From Phaeosaccion multiseriatum (lineage: Eukaryota > Protista > Ochrophyta, other classes): a stretch of DNA of 64,000 nt. This document shows, in pieces, positions 38,442-52,500 of this stretch (position 1 is its first letter; each line of letters begins with the position of its first letter). The position numbers and the translations under genes were made by a program. The notes below the pieces were generated by a model. It had not been told where the DNA came from, did not search any database, and worked only from the letters and a program-made list of their open reading frames with translations. Location of the stretch: assembly GCA_965112735.1 (NCBI GenBank), contig OZ218955.1, forward strand, positions 2,542,001-2,606,000, in the 5' to 3' direction.

Positions 38442-39057
38442 AGGTGAAGGTGAGGGTGAAGGTTAGGGTGAGGGTGAAGGTGAAGGTGAGGGTGAAGGTG
38501 AAGGTGAGGGTGAAGGTTAGGGTGAAGGTGAAGGTGAAGGTGAGGGTGAGAGTGAAGGTGAGGCATGTCTACCTGCTTGTGGCGCGACATGCCCACGACG
38601 ATGGAGATAACCAACTTGTCCTTCCCCAAGTGGCGACGCACGTCAGAGCTCAGCGTCTGGAGAGGGAGTGTCAAAATGCCATGCAAGGACAGGAGAGGGG
38701 AGGGGAGGGGAGGGGAGGAGGGAAGAGGGAGGAGGGAGGATTTGGAAAAGGGAGGAAGTAGCAGCAGCAGTGAAGAAGAGAGGAAAGAAGCGGCCCAGCC
38801 AGAAAGCAAGGGGGGCGTCTATCTCGCTTCATTCAAGTGATGACGTACTGCACCGTAGGCACGCCCACGGAAAGGCACGCAGAGGACGGAGGGTACGAGG
38901 CAGTAGATACTTCTTGTGCTCTTCATACGCACACACACGCACACACGCACACAGGGTCGCGCGCGCACGCAAGCACACACGCACGGGCACCACGATCACA
39001 CCCGCACACACAAGCACACACACACACGCATGCACGCAAACACACACACGCACACAC

Positions 39058-39125
<68 letters not shown>

Positions 39126-40974
39126 CGCGATGTGGTTGGGCCCGACCGCAATGACGATCACACGGCACGTCCTGGCGAGGTCTTCCACCTGCAAAGTCGA
39201 CATCGAATTTGACATGGAAATCGACATCGGTACCCAGCGGAAGGGCGAGTGCAGAGGATGAGTGACCGGGAGGAGCGCGAGCAGCGACGTACGGCACACC
39301 ACGGAAGGCCTGATCGAGTGCACCACGGAAGGCCTGATCGAGTGGAAAGGGACTTTGGTTTGCTCACTTGCAGCGCAGCATCAGAGCCCAACGAACCCCT
39401 CGCTTGCAACCCTACGCCTCGCTTGCAACCCTACCCTTGCCCTAAGCAGTGCGCCGCTCCTCTCTATCCCTTTCCGCTTCCGTTCCTTCTCCCTTCACCC
39501 CCCCTCCCCTCCTTCCCTTCCTTCTCCTCTCTCCTCTCCCCCCGCCCCTCCTCACTCCCCTCCTCCCCCTCCTTCCCCCCTCCCTCCCCTGCATAGACGG
39601 ACGCACTTTGTCGAACACATGTATCCCCCGCTTGCGAGCGATGCTGAGATTGCGGGGGTCCCTCCCCGCGGCGCCGATGCGGAAAGGAGCCCACTTGTTC
39701 TCCAACAGAGTGTCGATAATGGCCGACCTGAGCAGCACGGACGGGGGGAAACGAGAAGCAGCAGAAGGAAGGGCGGAGGAAGGAGACGGGAGGAGGCAGC
39801 AGGCGGCAGGAAGAGGGAGGAGGTTTGAGGGAGGTGCAGCAGACAGTACATCCGGATCGTCCAAGCGAGGCTATGGATGGCAGCGGTCATGGTAGTTTCA
39901 AGTCAATGCTGCTGGCGGTGTCTGTCAGCTAGTCAGACACCGTCCCATACCCCATCTGTTTGCCCACCTCATCACAGTTACAGTCACATTCACACGCACA
40001 TACACAAACACACATACATACATGCATACATACATGCATGCATACATACATACATACATACATACATACATACATAGCAGTTGGTGATACGCACGTACCC
40101 CATCTGTCCCCCCCCCCCGATGATCCCCACGAGAGGGATGCGCTGGAGGATGTGTGACCTCACATCGTCCTCCTTGACAGATGTGTTGATGACTGCCTCC
40201 AGGGCCAACTGGCATATGTAGCACACTTGGTAGCGAACGAGGTGCTGATAGGGAGGGATTGGGGGGGGGCGCAGGGAGAAAGGGAGGGAGGGAGGGAGGG
40301 AGCGGGTGAGGGAGGGGGGGAGAAAGGGAGAGAGGGAGGGAAAGACAGAGAGGGAGTGAGAGAGGGAGGGAGGGAGCTAGTGTTCACAAACAGGCTTCTC
40401 GGCATGGAAGGTACAGAGAGAGAGGGTCTACCACCCCCCCCCCCCCCCCCCCACACACACACATCCACCTGCGCGATTCTCCTCTCCTCGTACAGCTTCG
40501 TGGCGTCGGGCATTAAGCTCAGCACCTCCGTCAGGTCTAAGTTGCGGAGGATGTACTCAGGGCTGGTGATGTCCAGCTCCTGCGTGTGAAGGTGCGGCGA
40601 TTAGCACAGGCAGGTCGGCAGAAGGAGGGAGCAAACGGACAGGCAGGTAGGGAGGGAGGCAGGAGGGACGGAGGGAGGGAGGTACGAAGGGAAGACAGGC
40701 TGGCAGGAAGGTGGAACCAAGCCTCGCCTTCCCCACCTGCTCCTCTTCGTCTCCGTCAAAGTCCTGAATGGCCTTGGAGATGGTCGAGGCGTACGGACCG
40801 ACAAAGCGCCGCTGGGCTATGTCCTCGCTGTGAGCCCGCCTGAGTGAAGCCAAAAAAGAGGGAAGGGGGGGGTGAGGGGGATGATGAGAGAAAGGCGGAG
40901 AGCGAGGGACAATGCCTATAATAACAAACTTACTTAAAGCAAGAGGCATGTGATGCATGGGAATGGTGATCCAT
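35459..40974 (-). CDS. NOXRED1 / pyrroline-5-carboxylate-reductase-like Rossmann-fold protein, multi-exon; 3' end uncertain (may extend to ~34820)
   Basis: Spliced pieces [47 protein letters not shown] and [10 protein letters not shown] match the P5CR/F420_oxidored N-terminal domain. Candidate start [14 protein letters not shown] splices in phase to RAHSEDIAQ. Confidence 0.7.
36454..36617. repeat. 34-bp minisatellite with alternating A/B variants
   Basis: GCAGAGGGCA(G/C)GACAGTACTTGGTGTCAGAGGC(C/A), order ABABA. Confidence 0.9.
37588..38563. repeat. (TGAGGG)n and mixed (TGAAGG/TGAGGG)n hexamer arrays in two adjacent introns
   Basis: Arrays at 37588-38008 and 38250-38563, separated by a coding exon. 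Confidence 0.95.
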
Positions 40975-41613
40975 TGTCAAATCCTTGGCTTCTTCCCGGG
41001 AGGGGCAGGGCGTCGAAACTACTCTCCACTCCTCCTCCTACAGCTCGCTCAATTATTCACACTCGTCCTTTCCTGTTTTCGTTGGGACGATGGGCGCAAA
41101 CTTTAGGGACGATGGGCAGTCCCAAATCCACGTTACGTCGTCGCCATTTGACTCCAGTGGAGAACCACATGTTATCTTAACGGCACCTCTGATCATTTTT
41201 TCCTCAATCATTATCATTTTACCTCCCTCCTCTTCCCTCTTCTCTCACTCTCCCTCCTATCCTTTTGGTGTACGTCTGGAGTGAGAGGAGCCGTTTCTCT
41301 CTCTTGCTCTCTCTCTCTGTCTCTATCTTTCTCTCCTCTGTCCTACTTCAACGCATCTCCTCCTCCCTCCTCCTTCCTCCTTTCCCCCCTCCCCTCTCCT
41401 CCTTCCTCCCGGACCATATGCTGGGTTAATGGCGGTCTGAGGCCCATTTTGAAGAGGTAGCCCCTTCCCTCCCTCCACGAATCTCATTTTTCTCCCTCTC
41501 TCTCTCCGCTGTCCTACTTAAACGACTCTCCTCCTTCCTTCTCTCTCCTCCTCCCCCCCCTCCCCTATCCTCCTCCTTCCTCCTACTTGAGTCTCTACGT
41601 AAATGCTGCGCCC

Positions 41614-42738
41614 ATGAGGGAACAGTGGGAGGATGCAGTCATCGCCTTTGTCGCATACCTAGGCTTTAAAAGCGTATTCTGGCTTACATGGTGGCTCTCT
41701 TTACGATACGACTCGGAGGAGAGAGGCTTTGCGAGTTTTGATGCGGCAGAAGCTGCCCAGTGGTGCTCCCGAGTGCCGTCAACATGTCACGCTGCTATAG
41801 CCGTAAGTGGGGCCCTGGTCTGCCTCATTGAACACTCGTGGGATGATCAGACTATTGCCTTCAGCAGCCCGCAGATGTGCCGCACGATATTCAGCATCAC
41901 CATTGGCTACTTTGTGCACGACCTGTGAGTACGATCGATTGAGTAAGAAGCTTGCATGCCTGTTGCATACTTGCCATGATTGCTGGCCTGCTATTGGCAA
42001 ACAAACTCCTAACCCCCTTCCCCGACCCCTCGAATCCCCAGGTTCGTGGTTGTTTGGTGGAAGCTGGATATGTGGAAGGTGAGTGCCGGGGATGGCAGTG
42101 AATCAAGGGGTGGTGGTAGTCTGCACCGAGGGGCCGATGCAATACGCAGAGAAAGGAAGTACAGAAAGTGGTCTTTTGGTACACCCTGCTTGGTGACACC
42201 ATACATTCATCTCCCTCGTCGCATTGCCGCCACCCCCCCCCCCCCCACCCTCCGCCCGAAGGTGTTTGTATTGCATCACTTTGTGGCGGCGCTTCCCTAC
42301 GCCATCAACAACTTCGTTCCCGGGTGCCATTCGTCGAGTTACGTTCTCGCCCTATTTCTGCTCGTGGAGCTGCCCACTCTTCCGCTCAATTGCATGGAGA
42401 CCTTGGACCACCTACGGAGGAAGAGCACAAGGGCAAGGTTTATCACCTTCTTACTGTTTTACTTTCTGTGGTTCGTGACCCGGGTGCTCCTGCCCATATA
42501 CCTTTTGGTCGTGTTGTTTGAGATCATAGTCCCTGAGTGGCTCGAGCAGCGCTCCACAGAGGACTTTCTCGTCTGCATCCTCCCGAGCACGATTTGCAGC
42601 TTCATCATTTGCGGCTTTTGTCTCTACGTCTTCTTCGCCCGGCTATCCCTCGACTTGTACCGTGAGATGAAACCGGCCAGGGAGGGGGAGAGGGAGGCGG
42701 CCAAGGAAGGGGAGGAGCAGCAGCAAGAGCAGCAGCAG

Positions 42739-42780
<42 letters not shown>

Positions 42781-42921
42781 GAGGACGAAGGAGCATCAGG
42801 TGGGGGGCGAAGGAGCTCGTACGGCGTCTTGAGGGAACCCGACCAAATGGAGGAGGGAGAAGAAGAAGGACAAGAAGCCCCTGCTGAGGGCCGGCTAAAC
42901 TCGTTCCTGGTGCACTTGTGA
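41614..42921 (+). CDS. TLC (TRAM/LAG1/CLN8) domain membrane protein, TMEM56/TLCD-like, 3 exons
   Basis: SRVPSTCHA, SITIGYFVHDL, LHHFV, ELPTLPLN, WFVTRV. Exons ~41614-41924, 42042-42078, 42262-42921. Confidence 0.9.
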
Positions 42922-43061
42922 GTGTGGGCTCGTGCCAAAACACACCTACTTTGTGTGTACTTTTTTTGGAAAAAATGAAAAAATTACAGTTTAAACCAAG
43001 TAAAGGGCTCCAGATAAATAAAGAGACATGTCTTCGTGATGTGTGTGATAGACAGATAGCT

Positions 43062-45037
43062 CTACTGCGCACCACCTCCCTGCGACGCTTCTGGAACCGG
43101 GGCAGACGCTCCTGTAACCGGGGCAGGCAAGAGACTCTGTAGCTTGGCGACAAGAGCATGAGCCCGAGCCTGAGCCTGAGCCCCCGCTGCCTCTGGCCCG
43201 CCCCCTTCCCCGCCCGCCCCCTCCGCCACTCCCGCCTCCCCGTCCCCGTCCCCATCCAGCATTCCCTGCTGCACTTCCTCTATATATCCGAGCAACACCT
43301 GCCTCATAATGGATGCGTCCAATCCGTGCTGATGCAGCAGCTCGAACAGCCGCGTGTGAGCAACCTTACTATGCGCCGCTGCCGTGACCATAACCACCGT
43401 GAGCCGCTGCAGCGAGTAGCCCCCGGCCTCCAGCATAGCAAGTGCCAGCTCCTCCTCGTCGTCGCTGTCCTCCCCCGTGCCACCCCCTCCTGCCCTGTGC
43501 CTCGCCTCCCACTGCTCTGCCTTTTGTTTGTACTCTAGGAACAGGTCCATTGCCCGCTCGAGCTTTTCGCATGAGCTCTCGACAAACTTACCCACGAGGC
43601 GTGTCAGACACTCGTGCCCAGGCCGGTCCTCTGCGTGGAGCGCCAGACTGACGTGGTGCAAGCACGCACACACACACACACACACAAACGCACGCAGGAA
43701 ACGCGGGAGAGGAGGGCGAGATGAAGGTGAGAGTGAGAGCTAGAGGGTGGTGAGACTGCAGACCCTGTGGGACCAGCCTTGGGTGAGGTCTCCAAAACTG
43801 AGACTGAAACTGCCGAACCACCTCCTCCCCGGCCCTCCCCGGTGGGTGCCCAATAACACGAAGCTCGAAACCTCCGCAAGGGCCTCTTGGCGCCTTACGG
43901 GCAGACAGAGACCCTTCCCAAGACATAATACGATCACAGAGGAAGGGCCTGGCCTGGCCTGGCCTGGCCTGGCCTTGGCCCTTCTCTTCAATCCGCCCCG
44001 TGCCCTCTCCCCCACTGACACGCTCTTCCAAAGCAAAAAGAGACAGACCGCACCGACGATTCCCACATGGTCCCCCACCGCAGTACTAAGTCGGCTCGAC
44101 ATGGTTCAACTTCCCAAGTTCGGACGGGTTTGGGTGCTCTCGACGAGATGTGGCTTTGCTGTGGCCGTCCGTACGACTCGCAAGCATTGGGGGGGTTGTG
44201 CAGTGAGAAGTACTGCTCAACTGCTCACATGTGCCCCAACGTGCTCCAATCTCGTGACAACTCGTATCACTCCCGCCCTGAACTGAGGAACATTGATGCC
44301 ATTCTGCTGCCACTCACTCACTCTCTCACCCATCCACCCACTCAACAACTCACTGACCCACTCCCTCCCTCACTCCCTCACCTACTCACCCACCCTCACA
44401 TGACCCACTCCCTCCGTCCCTCCCTCCCTCCCTCCCTCCCTGCCTAACCTGGTGACGAGGCTAATGCAGTGCTCCTCCAACGTGCTCTTGTCCCCAGCCT
44501 TCTTCCTCTTCTTCTTCTTGAGCTTTCGCGCCAACCGCCCCATGAACACAGGCATCGCTGCCTTCAGTCCTGTGGGGGATGGGGAGAGAGGGGGAGGGGG
44601 AGAAGAGGAAAAGATATGAGAGACGGCAAGAGAGAGGGAGAGAGACGGTGAAGCACCGCAACAGAGCAGACAATACGACGATGTGCCTCGCGCCTGCTCA
44701 GTTTCGGTTTCAATTTCAATTCATTGGTCTCGATCAATATCGATATCGACACACGCTGCTTCCCCTTCGACATGTCCCCATTCGGCGTCGCCAGGCATAC
44801 CTCCTCAGGGCCCTCACTCGGTCTCTCACTCACTCGCTCTCTCACTCACTCAGCCTCTCCCTCCCTCCCTCCCTCCCTCCCTCCCTCCCTCCCCCCCTCC
44901 CTCCCTCCCTCCATCTGTACCACCAACTCCCTCACTCACTCACCCGAACACTCGATGAGTCTCTCACAGTTGGCGGGGTTATCTGTGCATGCAAAGTCCA
45001 GCACCTTTGGCACGGCATGGAAAGGAAGCGAAGGGCG

Positions 45038-45078
<41 letters not shown>

Positions 45079-48000
45079 GTGATGATGCGTGCCATACGCC
45101 ATGCAGTGCGTGTTCCACAGCACAGAGAGACAACACACATCAACAGACAACACAACACCAGAAGGCACCAGAAGGCAATAGAAGGTGCAGCCACCAACCA
45201 GCATGCCCGTCCTCACAGCGCCTGACCTGTCATGTTCTGTCCTGTCCTGCCCTTCACTGCCCCGTGCTATCCTGTCCTAGCCTGTTCTATGCTCGCCCCT
45301 CCCCGGCCCCTCACCTTGACTGCACACCAGGCGGCGTACTTCTTCTCTCTGAGGCACCGCACCATCAGCTCGAAGCCCTCCGCCTCTCTGAACTTGTCCT
45401 GATTGCTCTTCACCTATCGATAGTAGAGAGGGACATGGAGAGGGGTAGAGAGAGAGGAAGAGAGAGGGGGGGAGAGGGGGGGAGCGAGCGCGAGAGCGAG
45501 CGAGAGAGAGAGAAAGAGGGGAAGAGAGAGAGAGACAGAGCGCAAGAGAGAGAGAGAGAGACAGAGGGGAAGAGAGAGATGACGTGAGGTGAGGTCAGTG
45601 GTCGATGGTCGTCACGCGTCGTCGTCAGTCAGTCAGTCAGTCAGTCAGGAGGGGAGGGGGAGAAGAGGGGAGACAAACACAAGCACGCCAACGCAACGCG
45701 ACACGACACGACACGCCTCTGTAGAGCAACAGCAACGGTGGCGTTCAGCGTTTAGGATTGGCGTAGGGGCGAGGGGGGAAGCACGGGAATAGGGGAGGCT
45801 TACAAGTAAAGTGCCCGCCAAGGCGTCGAAGATGTTCTCCACAAGCTCCTCCTCCTCGGGAGAGCCTGGGGAGGTGGGGGCGGGGCAAAGAGGGGAAGTT
45901 ATAAACAATCATACGGGAGGGGGAGTCTTAGGACACGGGGCACTGGAGTCGGTCGGGTCATGGGGGGGGGGGGGTAGGACTTGATGTGCCATGCTGTGCC
46001 CTCACTAACTCCTCACTCACTCAGTCACTACTCACTCCTCACTCACTCACTCACTCACTCACTCACTTCCTCATTCACTCCTCACTCCCCACTACGGATA
46101 TACGGCGTGGAGCTCGGTTACTTTTACCGGCCCTCACTTTGGTCCTCACTGACCCCCCCCTCAGTGCCCCCCTCCTCCCTCCTCCCTCCCCCCTCCTCCC
46201 TCCTCACCTCCTCCCTATTGAACTTACCCGGGTCCCTCCGCCTATAGAAAGAAGCGATTTGCAGCAGGAAATCGACCCCATCGGCCCCCTTGCAGCGGAC
46301 GGCCCCGAGAGAGCGCTGCACAGAGGTGTCGCTATTCACCAGGATGGACAGGATCTCGCTGTGATTAGAGGCATATGGGTAGGATATGGGTGCGTAGAGG
46401 CGTATGGGGAGGGAGAGGCAGGTTGGGTAGAGGCGTATGGGCAGGCAGGTTGGCTAGAGGCGTATGAGCTACGGGTGCCCGAGAAAGCGCTGCAAAGAGG
46501 GTGTCGCTATTCACCAGGATGGGACGGACAGGATCTCGCTGGGTGTGTCGGGCAGGTTGACAAAAGGCGTATGGGCAAAGGACACTCAAGACCGGGAGGG
46601 AGAGAAAGAAAGAGAGGAGAGAGAGCGACAGGGGGAGTGCTCTGCCCTACCCTACCCTTTCCTACCCTACCCTTTCCTACCCTACCCTTTCCTACCCTAC
46701 CCTTTCCTACCCTACCCTTTCCTACCCTACCCGCACATACACACACACACACACAGAGAGAAATCCTTCTGACAGATTGGTCTGCTTTACCCTATACCCT
46801 CCTTACCTGCAGTAGAGCTTGTTCTCGTCGAATTGCTTGGTCTTGAGCCTTGCCAGCAGGTACTGCAGCAGCTGCGTGGTGTCGCATAGCAGGGGCGCCA
46901 GCGTGGGCCTCACCTCGAGTAAGTTCTCGAACACGGCCATCGTCGAGTTCACCTAAGCAGAGAGGGTTTGAGAGGGGCGGCACAGATGAAAGAGAGGAGG
47001 GGGCAGAGAGGCATGAGAGGCAGGGAGAAGGGTGGGGAGTGGAATCGAGTAGTGAGCGGGTCGTCCCGTTGGCGTTGAGGAGAGCAAGAGAGGGCGGGAC
47101 ACGGCTCTGGGGATGCAGCCAAGTGGGCAAGTAGAGCGGCTTGGCCTCACCGGCCCTTGCCTCACTCACCCCCTGTCCACCCGCCAGTCATCCTGCTTGC
47201 CTCATGCTTGCTACAAACTCCCTCACTCACCCCCTGTCCACCCGCCAGTCATCCTGCTTGCCTCATGCTTGCTACAAACCGCCTCACTCACCCCCTCCCT
47301 CACTCACTGCTTGCATCCTGCCCGCCCGCCCCACTCACACCTTCCCCACCGCCCCTCATCCTGCCTACACCCTGCCTACATTGCTTCCCCCCTGCCTACA
47401 TTCCTAAGTGCCCCCCCCCCCCTCACCCCCTCCCTCACTCCCTCACTCCCTCTCCCCCTGCCTCACCCCCGGCCCGCCTGCCAGAGTGCCCCCCTCACTC
47501 ACCCCCTGTACGTCTTCATCATTTGCCTCATTCATGCGGCTGAGGTTCTGTACAAGGAGATCGAGCCCCTGTTCCTCGACTAAGGCGTCCACCAGCTGCA
47601 GGGGCTCATCCCCCGCCTTGTCCGTCAGGAGCGAGTCCGGTGCCGTCAGCTCCTGTGTCAAGCAAGAGTAGAGCAGAGTTCAAGTAGAGCAAGAGTAGAG
47701 TACAAGTAGAGCAGTTGGTGAGACAGAGTGGAGCAGAGAGAGCAGCGCAGAGCACAGAGCATGCTAAGAGCGTCGCAACGCCATGGCAGTGCGAGTGCGG
47801 TGGGGGGGGGTGGTGCCGCGCATCGTGTTGTGGCGGAAGGCGGCAGACAGAAGATAAACAAAAAAGTAGCGACGGAAAACATGAACCACAGCAGCGCAGC
47901 CCCCCTCCTCCGCCCAAGAGCTCCATCGCCCAAGGCCCTAAATAGAGAGAGACCGCGGGCCCTTGACCCACACACGCACGCACGCACGCACGCATGCACA

Positions 48001-49102
48001 CACCTGCAGGAGCTGCACGGCCCCGATGCTTATGTCGGTGTTGTCGTGCGTGAGCAGACCCAGCACAGAGGTGACGGTTCCTGCAGCCACGAGCTGCGCA
48101 TAGAGCTCGGGGGCTGCTGCCACTGCCGCCATCTCCTTCAAAGCCTCGTCAAGGTCCACTTCAGAGTCAACGAACTTGTGCGGCTGAGAGGGGTGCTTCA
48201 CACGCAGCTTCTGGTTCCTGTTCGGGTGGGGGATTGGGGAGGGAGGGAGAGAGGGAGGGAGGGAGGCAGGCAGATAGGCAGACATGGCCGAACCAAACCA
48301 CGACACATACGTGAGAAAGTGAGTGGAGTGAGTGGGTGAGTCAGTGAGTGACAAAGTGAGGGAGGGATGAGGGAGGGAGTGGGTGAGTGACTACGTGGTG
48401 AGGGAGGGAGGGAGGGAGGGAGGGAGAGAGGGAGTGAGTGATGTAATTGAGTGAGTGTTGCTCTTTACGGGGCTTGGGGAGTCTCCCAGACCAATCGAAT
48501 GGCACGCCTTCATGCCTTAGTCATCGTTTGGAGAGGCAAGCGAGTCTTAAATTATGATACTACAACAACACTCACTTGTTGATGGCCCTCTCCAGGCGCA
48601 GCTGCCTCTGCTTGAGGCCAGCAAGGTCTAGCTCTACGACCCCCTCATCCTCGTCTGCCTTGTCCAGCATGCGGCGGATGGTCTCCTCGTCCAAGTCCTC
48701 CAGCGACATGTCCTCAACATTCACGGCACCGCCATGGCCGTTCTCCCCCTCCCCCTCCCCCTCCTCCTCCCCCTCGTCGGCGCCTGCCCCGTCCGTCCTG
48801 CTTCTCCTCTTGTCGTCTCCGCCAGCATCCTCCTCTGCCCCAGCCGATGACCGCGGCCGCTTAAGTCCGAGGCGGCCTTCCCCCTTCCCCCCTCCTCCCC
48901 CTTCAGCCACCTCGTCTACATAGTAGCCCATCCCTCTCGGGCCCTTCTGGAAGACATAGCCCGACTTGGCACCTTCAAAGCTTGCTGCACGGATAAAAGG
49001 TTCTCTCGCGGCTGCCTCTCGGGCCGCCGCCGCCTTCGCCGCCGCTGCGCCGCTTGCCGAGGCGGGTGGGGCATCGAAGATGGCTGAGAAATGATCATCC
49101 AT
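43062..49102 (-). CDS. CTNNBL1: Beta-catenin-like protein 1 (spliceosomal PRP19/CDC5L complex), multi-exon
   Basis: LERAINK|NQKLRVKHPSQPHKFVDSEVDLDEAL, LGLLTHDNTDISI, LLVQNLSRMNE, SEILSILVN, EEEELVENIFDAL, RLVGKFVE..EKLER, LEAGGYSLQ. Confidence 0.95.
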
Positions 49103-49547
49103 GCTTGTTCGCCCGTGTGCTCGGCAGAAAAACCTCGCTCGATATCCTGCTGCTGCTGGAGCGCTCCTATGACCCAGCTCCTCGGATCCAGCCCCTTATG
49201 GCCTCCTCTTCCTCGATTCCTCGATCTCTCTCCGTCCCCCGATTATGGGCTTGGCTTGCAAGCGGATGATGGCAGCTGATGGCCCCGCAACTGGCGCCAC
49301 ACGAAAACATCCATACCCCACACATGTTTACACGCGGCAAGATTGTGGACAATATATAGCAGACCAAAAGAGACTCACCAACAGTGTAGAGTAGAGAGGG
49401 GGGAGTATTCTCCGGGTCCGTCGGAGGAAAGGTTCGAGGAGCAGGCTGCAGCAGCACACGGCAGGGAAGAAAGGAGAGGTGAAAGAGGGAGGAGAGAGTC
49501 AGGAAGACAGAGAGGTGAAAGAGAGGGTCTGCTCCGATGAGAATAGC

Positions 49548-52500
49548 ATGGCGAGAAACACCAGTGTAAGTATCGGACGCTCAAAGGGCGGCAGTGGTGG
49601 CGAAAGCGGCAGCAGCAAGAGCAGCAGCAGCAGCAACACAAAAGGAGGAGGAGTAATCGCAGAGTCGAGCGGGGACGCCTCTGACAGCGCCAGCATTGCT
49701 AGCAGCAACGGGAGTGAAGGGCCTGCACCCCCTCTTTACAACCGTGGTAGTGCGGGTCAGCAGGGGGGCGGCGCAGATGGAAGTGGGGAAGAAGGGGGCT
49801 ATGCTGCCGATGCTGAGGTTGGAGCACCAGGAGGGGCGGACGCAGTTGTGGCAGTAGCAGCAGAAGCCACAACAACAACAACAACAACAACAGCAGCAGT
49901 AGCAGCAGCAGAGGATCCACCGCCACTAGATGATCCTGTTGGACGCATCGATACTGAGAGCGAAGAGAGGGCGACTGGGGGGAACCCATCCTCATCCCCC
50001 GCAGGGCCCTCCTCCTCCTCCTCCTCAGGGGGGGAGGCGGGCGCCACCCAAGCAGGTGCAGCGGCCCCTCCCAGCGGGCCTGCATCGACGAGAGGGGGGA
50101 TCGCGACGATTGGCTCTGCTACGGCCTCTGCGGGCCTGTCCGCCCCCCCCGTGTCTCGGCTGGTGCCCGACAAGGAGGAGGACGAGGATGGCGACGACTC
50201 CGGCGAGAGTCCAAAGAAAGCCGTGACCCTCAAGAACTACGCCAACAGAGAGAGTGGAGCGGTCATGCTAGGTGAGAAGGAAGGGCTTGCTTTGGGCTTG
50301 CTCAGGCTGGTTCGGCTGGAGTGTGTTGTAGACAGCAGGTGGGCAGGCGGGGGGCGCAAATCTAGGCTCCTCTAGCCTGAAGGAGGAGGACCTCTGCTCT
50401 TTATGTGGCAGTGGACCGACCCATCCTTCTCCGTCTTCCTCCTCCCCAGCCTTCGCCTCTCTTGCTCTCCTCTGTCCTGATCAATGCATGTTTATATGCC
50501 CGTCCGTCCATCCCCCCTCCCCCCCCCTTGCCTCCCTCTCCCCATCAATCGACCAATCGATCGATCAATTCACATCTACCGCACCTCTCAGAGAGTTCCT
50601 CTGGAGGCACAAAGAACATGAAGCACCTCCTGCTGGACAGCAGAGACAAGTATGCTCTTGCCCCCTGCAGCGAGAAGCAGTGGGTGGTCATCGGCCTCAG
50701 TGAGGACTTGCTCGTGAGGGATGTGGAGCTGGCAAGCTTCGAGAAGTACTCAGGCACCGTTAAGGACTTCCAGGTGGGTGTTCACAAATGGCGGGTGGGG
50801 CGGTGTTCACAGATTGTGGCAGGTGGTTGGATGTTCACAGATTGCGGTGTGTATTGTTGAGTGGATGCGTGCCTATGTGGGTGGGTGCATGGTTCTACAT
50901 CAACTGCTCTGCTGCGGCTGTATCACCAACTGCTCTGCTGCACCTCGTATTCCCAACTGCCTCAGATCCTCGCCAGTCAGATCTACCCCACGGCGGAGTG
51001 GCTGGACCTGGGCACATTCACGGCCGCGCAGGGGGTGGCAGAGCAATCCTTCGAGATACCCCACCCAGGTTGGCTGGTTGGCTGGTTGGCTGGTTGGTTG
51101 ATTGGTTGGTTGGTGGATTGGTTGTTCGGGTGGTTGATTGCTTGGTTACGTGGTTGATTGGTTGGGTAAGTGGTTGGCTGGTTCCCTGGTTGGTTGATGG
51201 TTGGTTGATGGTTTGGTTGGGTTGTTGGTTGGTTTGTTGTTTGGGTTGTTTGTCAGTTGGTTGGCAGAGTTGGAAGGAATAGACACGACTGGAGTGAGGA
51301 CGTGCCTGCCGGCGGACCCGATCTGCCCCTCTTTGCTTTTCTTTTCTTTTGCCTTCCTTCACGCCCCGTCTTTGTTCCCCATCACTGCCATCCCCCCGCC
51401 ACAGCCTTCGTGCGGTACCTGAAGCTGAAGTTCCTGTCGCACTACGGCAGCGAGTTTTACTGTACCCTCACGCAGGTCAAAGTGTTTGGCACCACTATGC
51501 TTGAGTCCTTCCAGAAGGAGTGGGCCGCCAGCAGCCAAGGTGGGGGGGATGAAGAGAGGAAGAGAGGGAGGGAGGGAGAGAGGTGGGGAAGGAGTGAGTG
51601 AGGGAGCGGTGGAGAGAGAGAGGGAGGGAGGGAGGGGAGCACATGAGGGCCAAGAGGGGAGGGAGTGAGGGGAGGCTCCTTTGCCCCTCTCCGCTCTTCT
51701 CCTCTGCTTGGGCTTTTCCAGGCGCGTTTGCTTCCCCCTCATCATGGTTCTGTATCAGTAGCGGCGTGTCCGTCCATTCCACTCTTCATCGTCCTGGGCT
51801 TCCTATTTCAAACTTTGACACTGTGACGTCCCTCTGACATACCTTCCTCCCTCCCTCTCTCCCTCACTCCGCCCGCTCCTCCCTCCCCCCTCTCTCCCTG
51901 CGGCCTGCCTACCTCGCTCCCTCATGGGATGTGTGATTATGTATGATTTTGTGTGGTTGTGTGTGATTATGTGTGATTTTGTGTGATTATGTATGATTAC
52001 GTGTGACTATGTGTGTGATGTTGTGTGATGATGTGTGATTGTGTGCGATTTTGTGTGATTTTGTGTGATTTTGTGTGATTATGTATGATTATGTGTGATT
52101 TTGTGTGATTATGTGTGTGATTTTATGTGATTATATGTGTGATTATATGTGTGATTTTGTGTGATTTTGTGTGATTTCATGTGATTATATGTGTGATTTT
52201 GTGTGATTTATGTGTGATTTTGTGTGATTTTGTGTGATATTGTGTGTGATTTTGTGTGATTTTCTGTGATTTATGTATGATTATGTGTGATTTTGTGTGA
52301 TTTATGTGTGATTTTGTGTGATTATGTATGATTATGTGTGATTTTGTGTGTGATTTTATGTGATTATATGTGCGATTTTGTGTGATTTTGTGTGATTTAT
52401 GTGTGATTTTGTGTGATTTCATGTGATTATATGTGTGATTATGTGTGATTTTGTGTGATTTATGTATGATTATGTGTGATTGTGTGTGATTTATGTGTGA

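Noticed and set aside
37601-38809. Poly-(RV), poly-(LT) and poly-(HP) ORFs
   Set aside because: Translations of intronic hexamer arrays.
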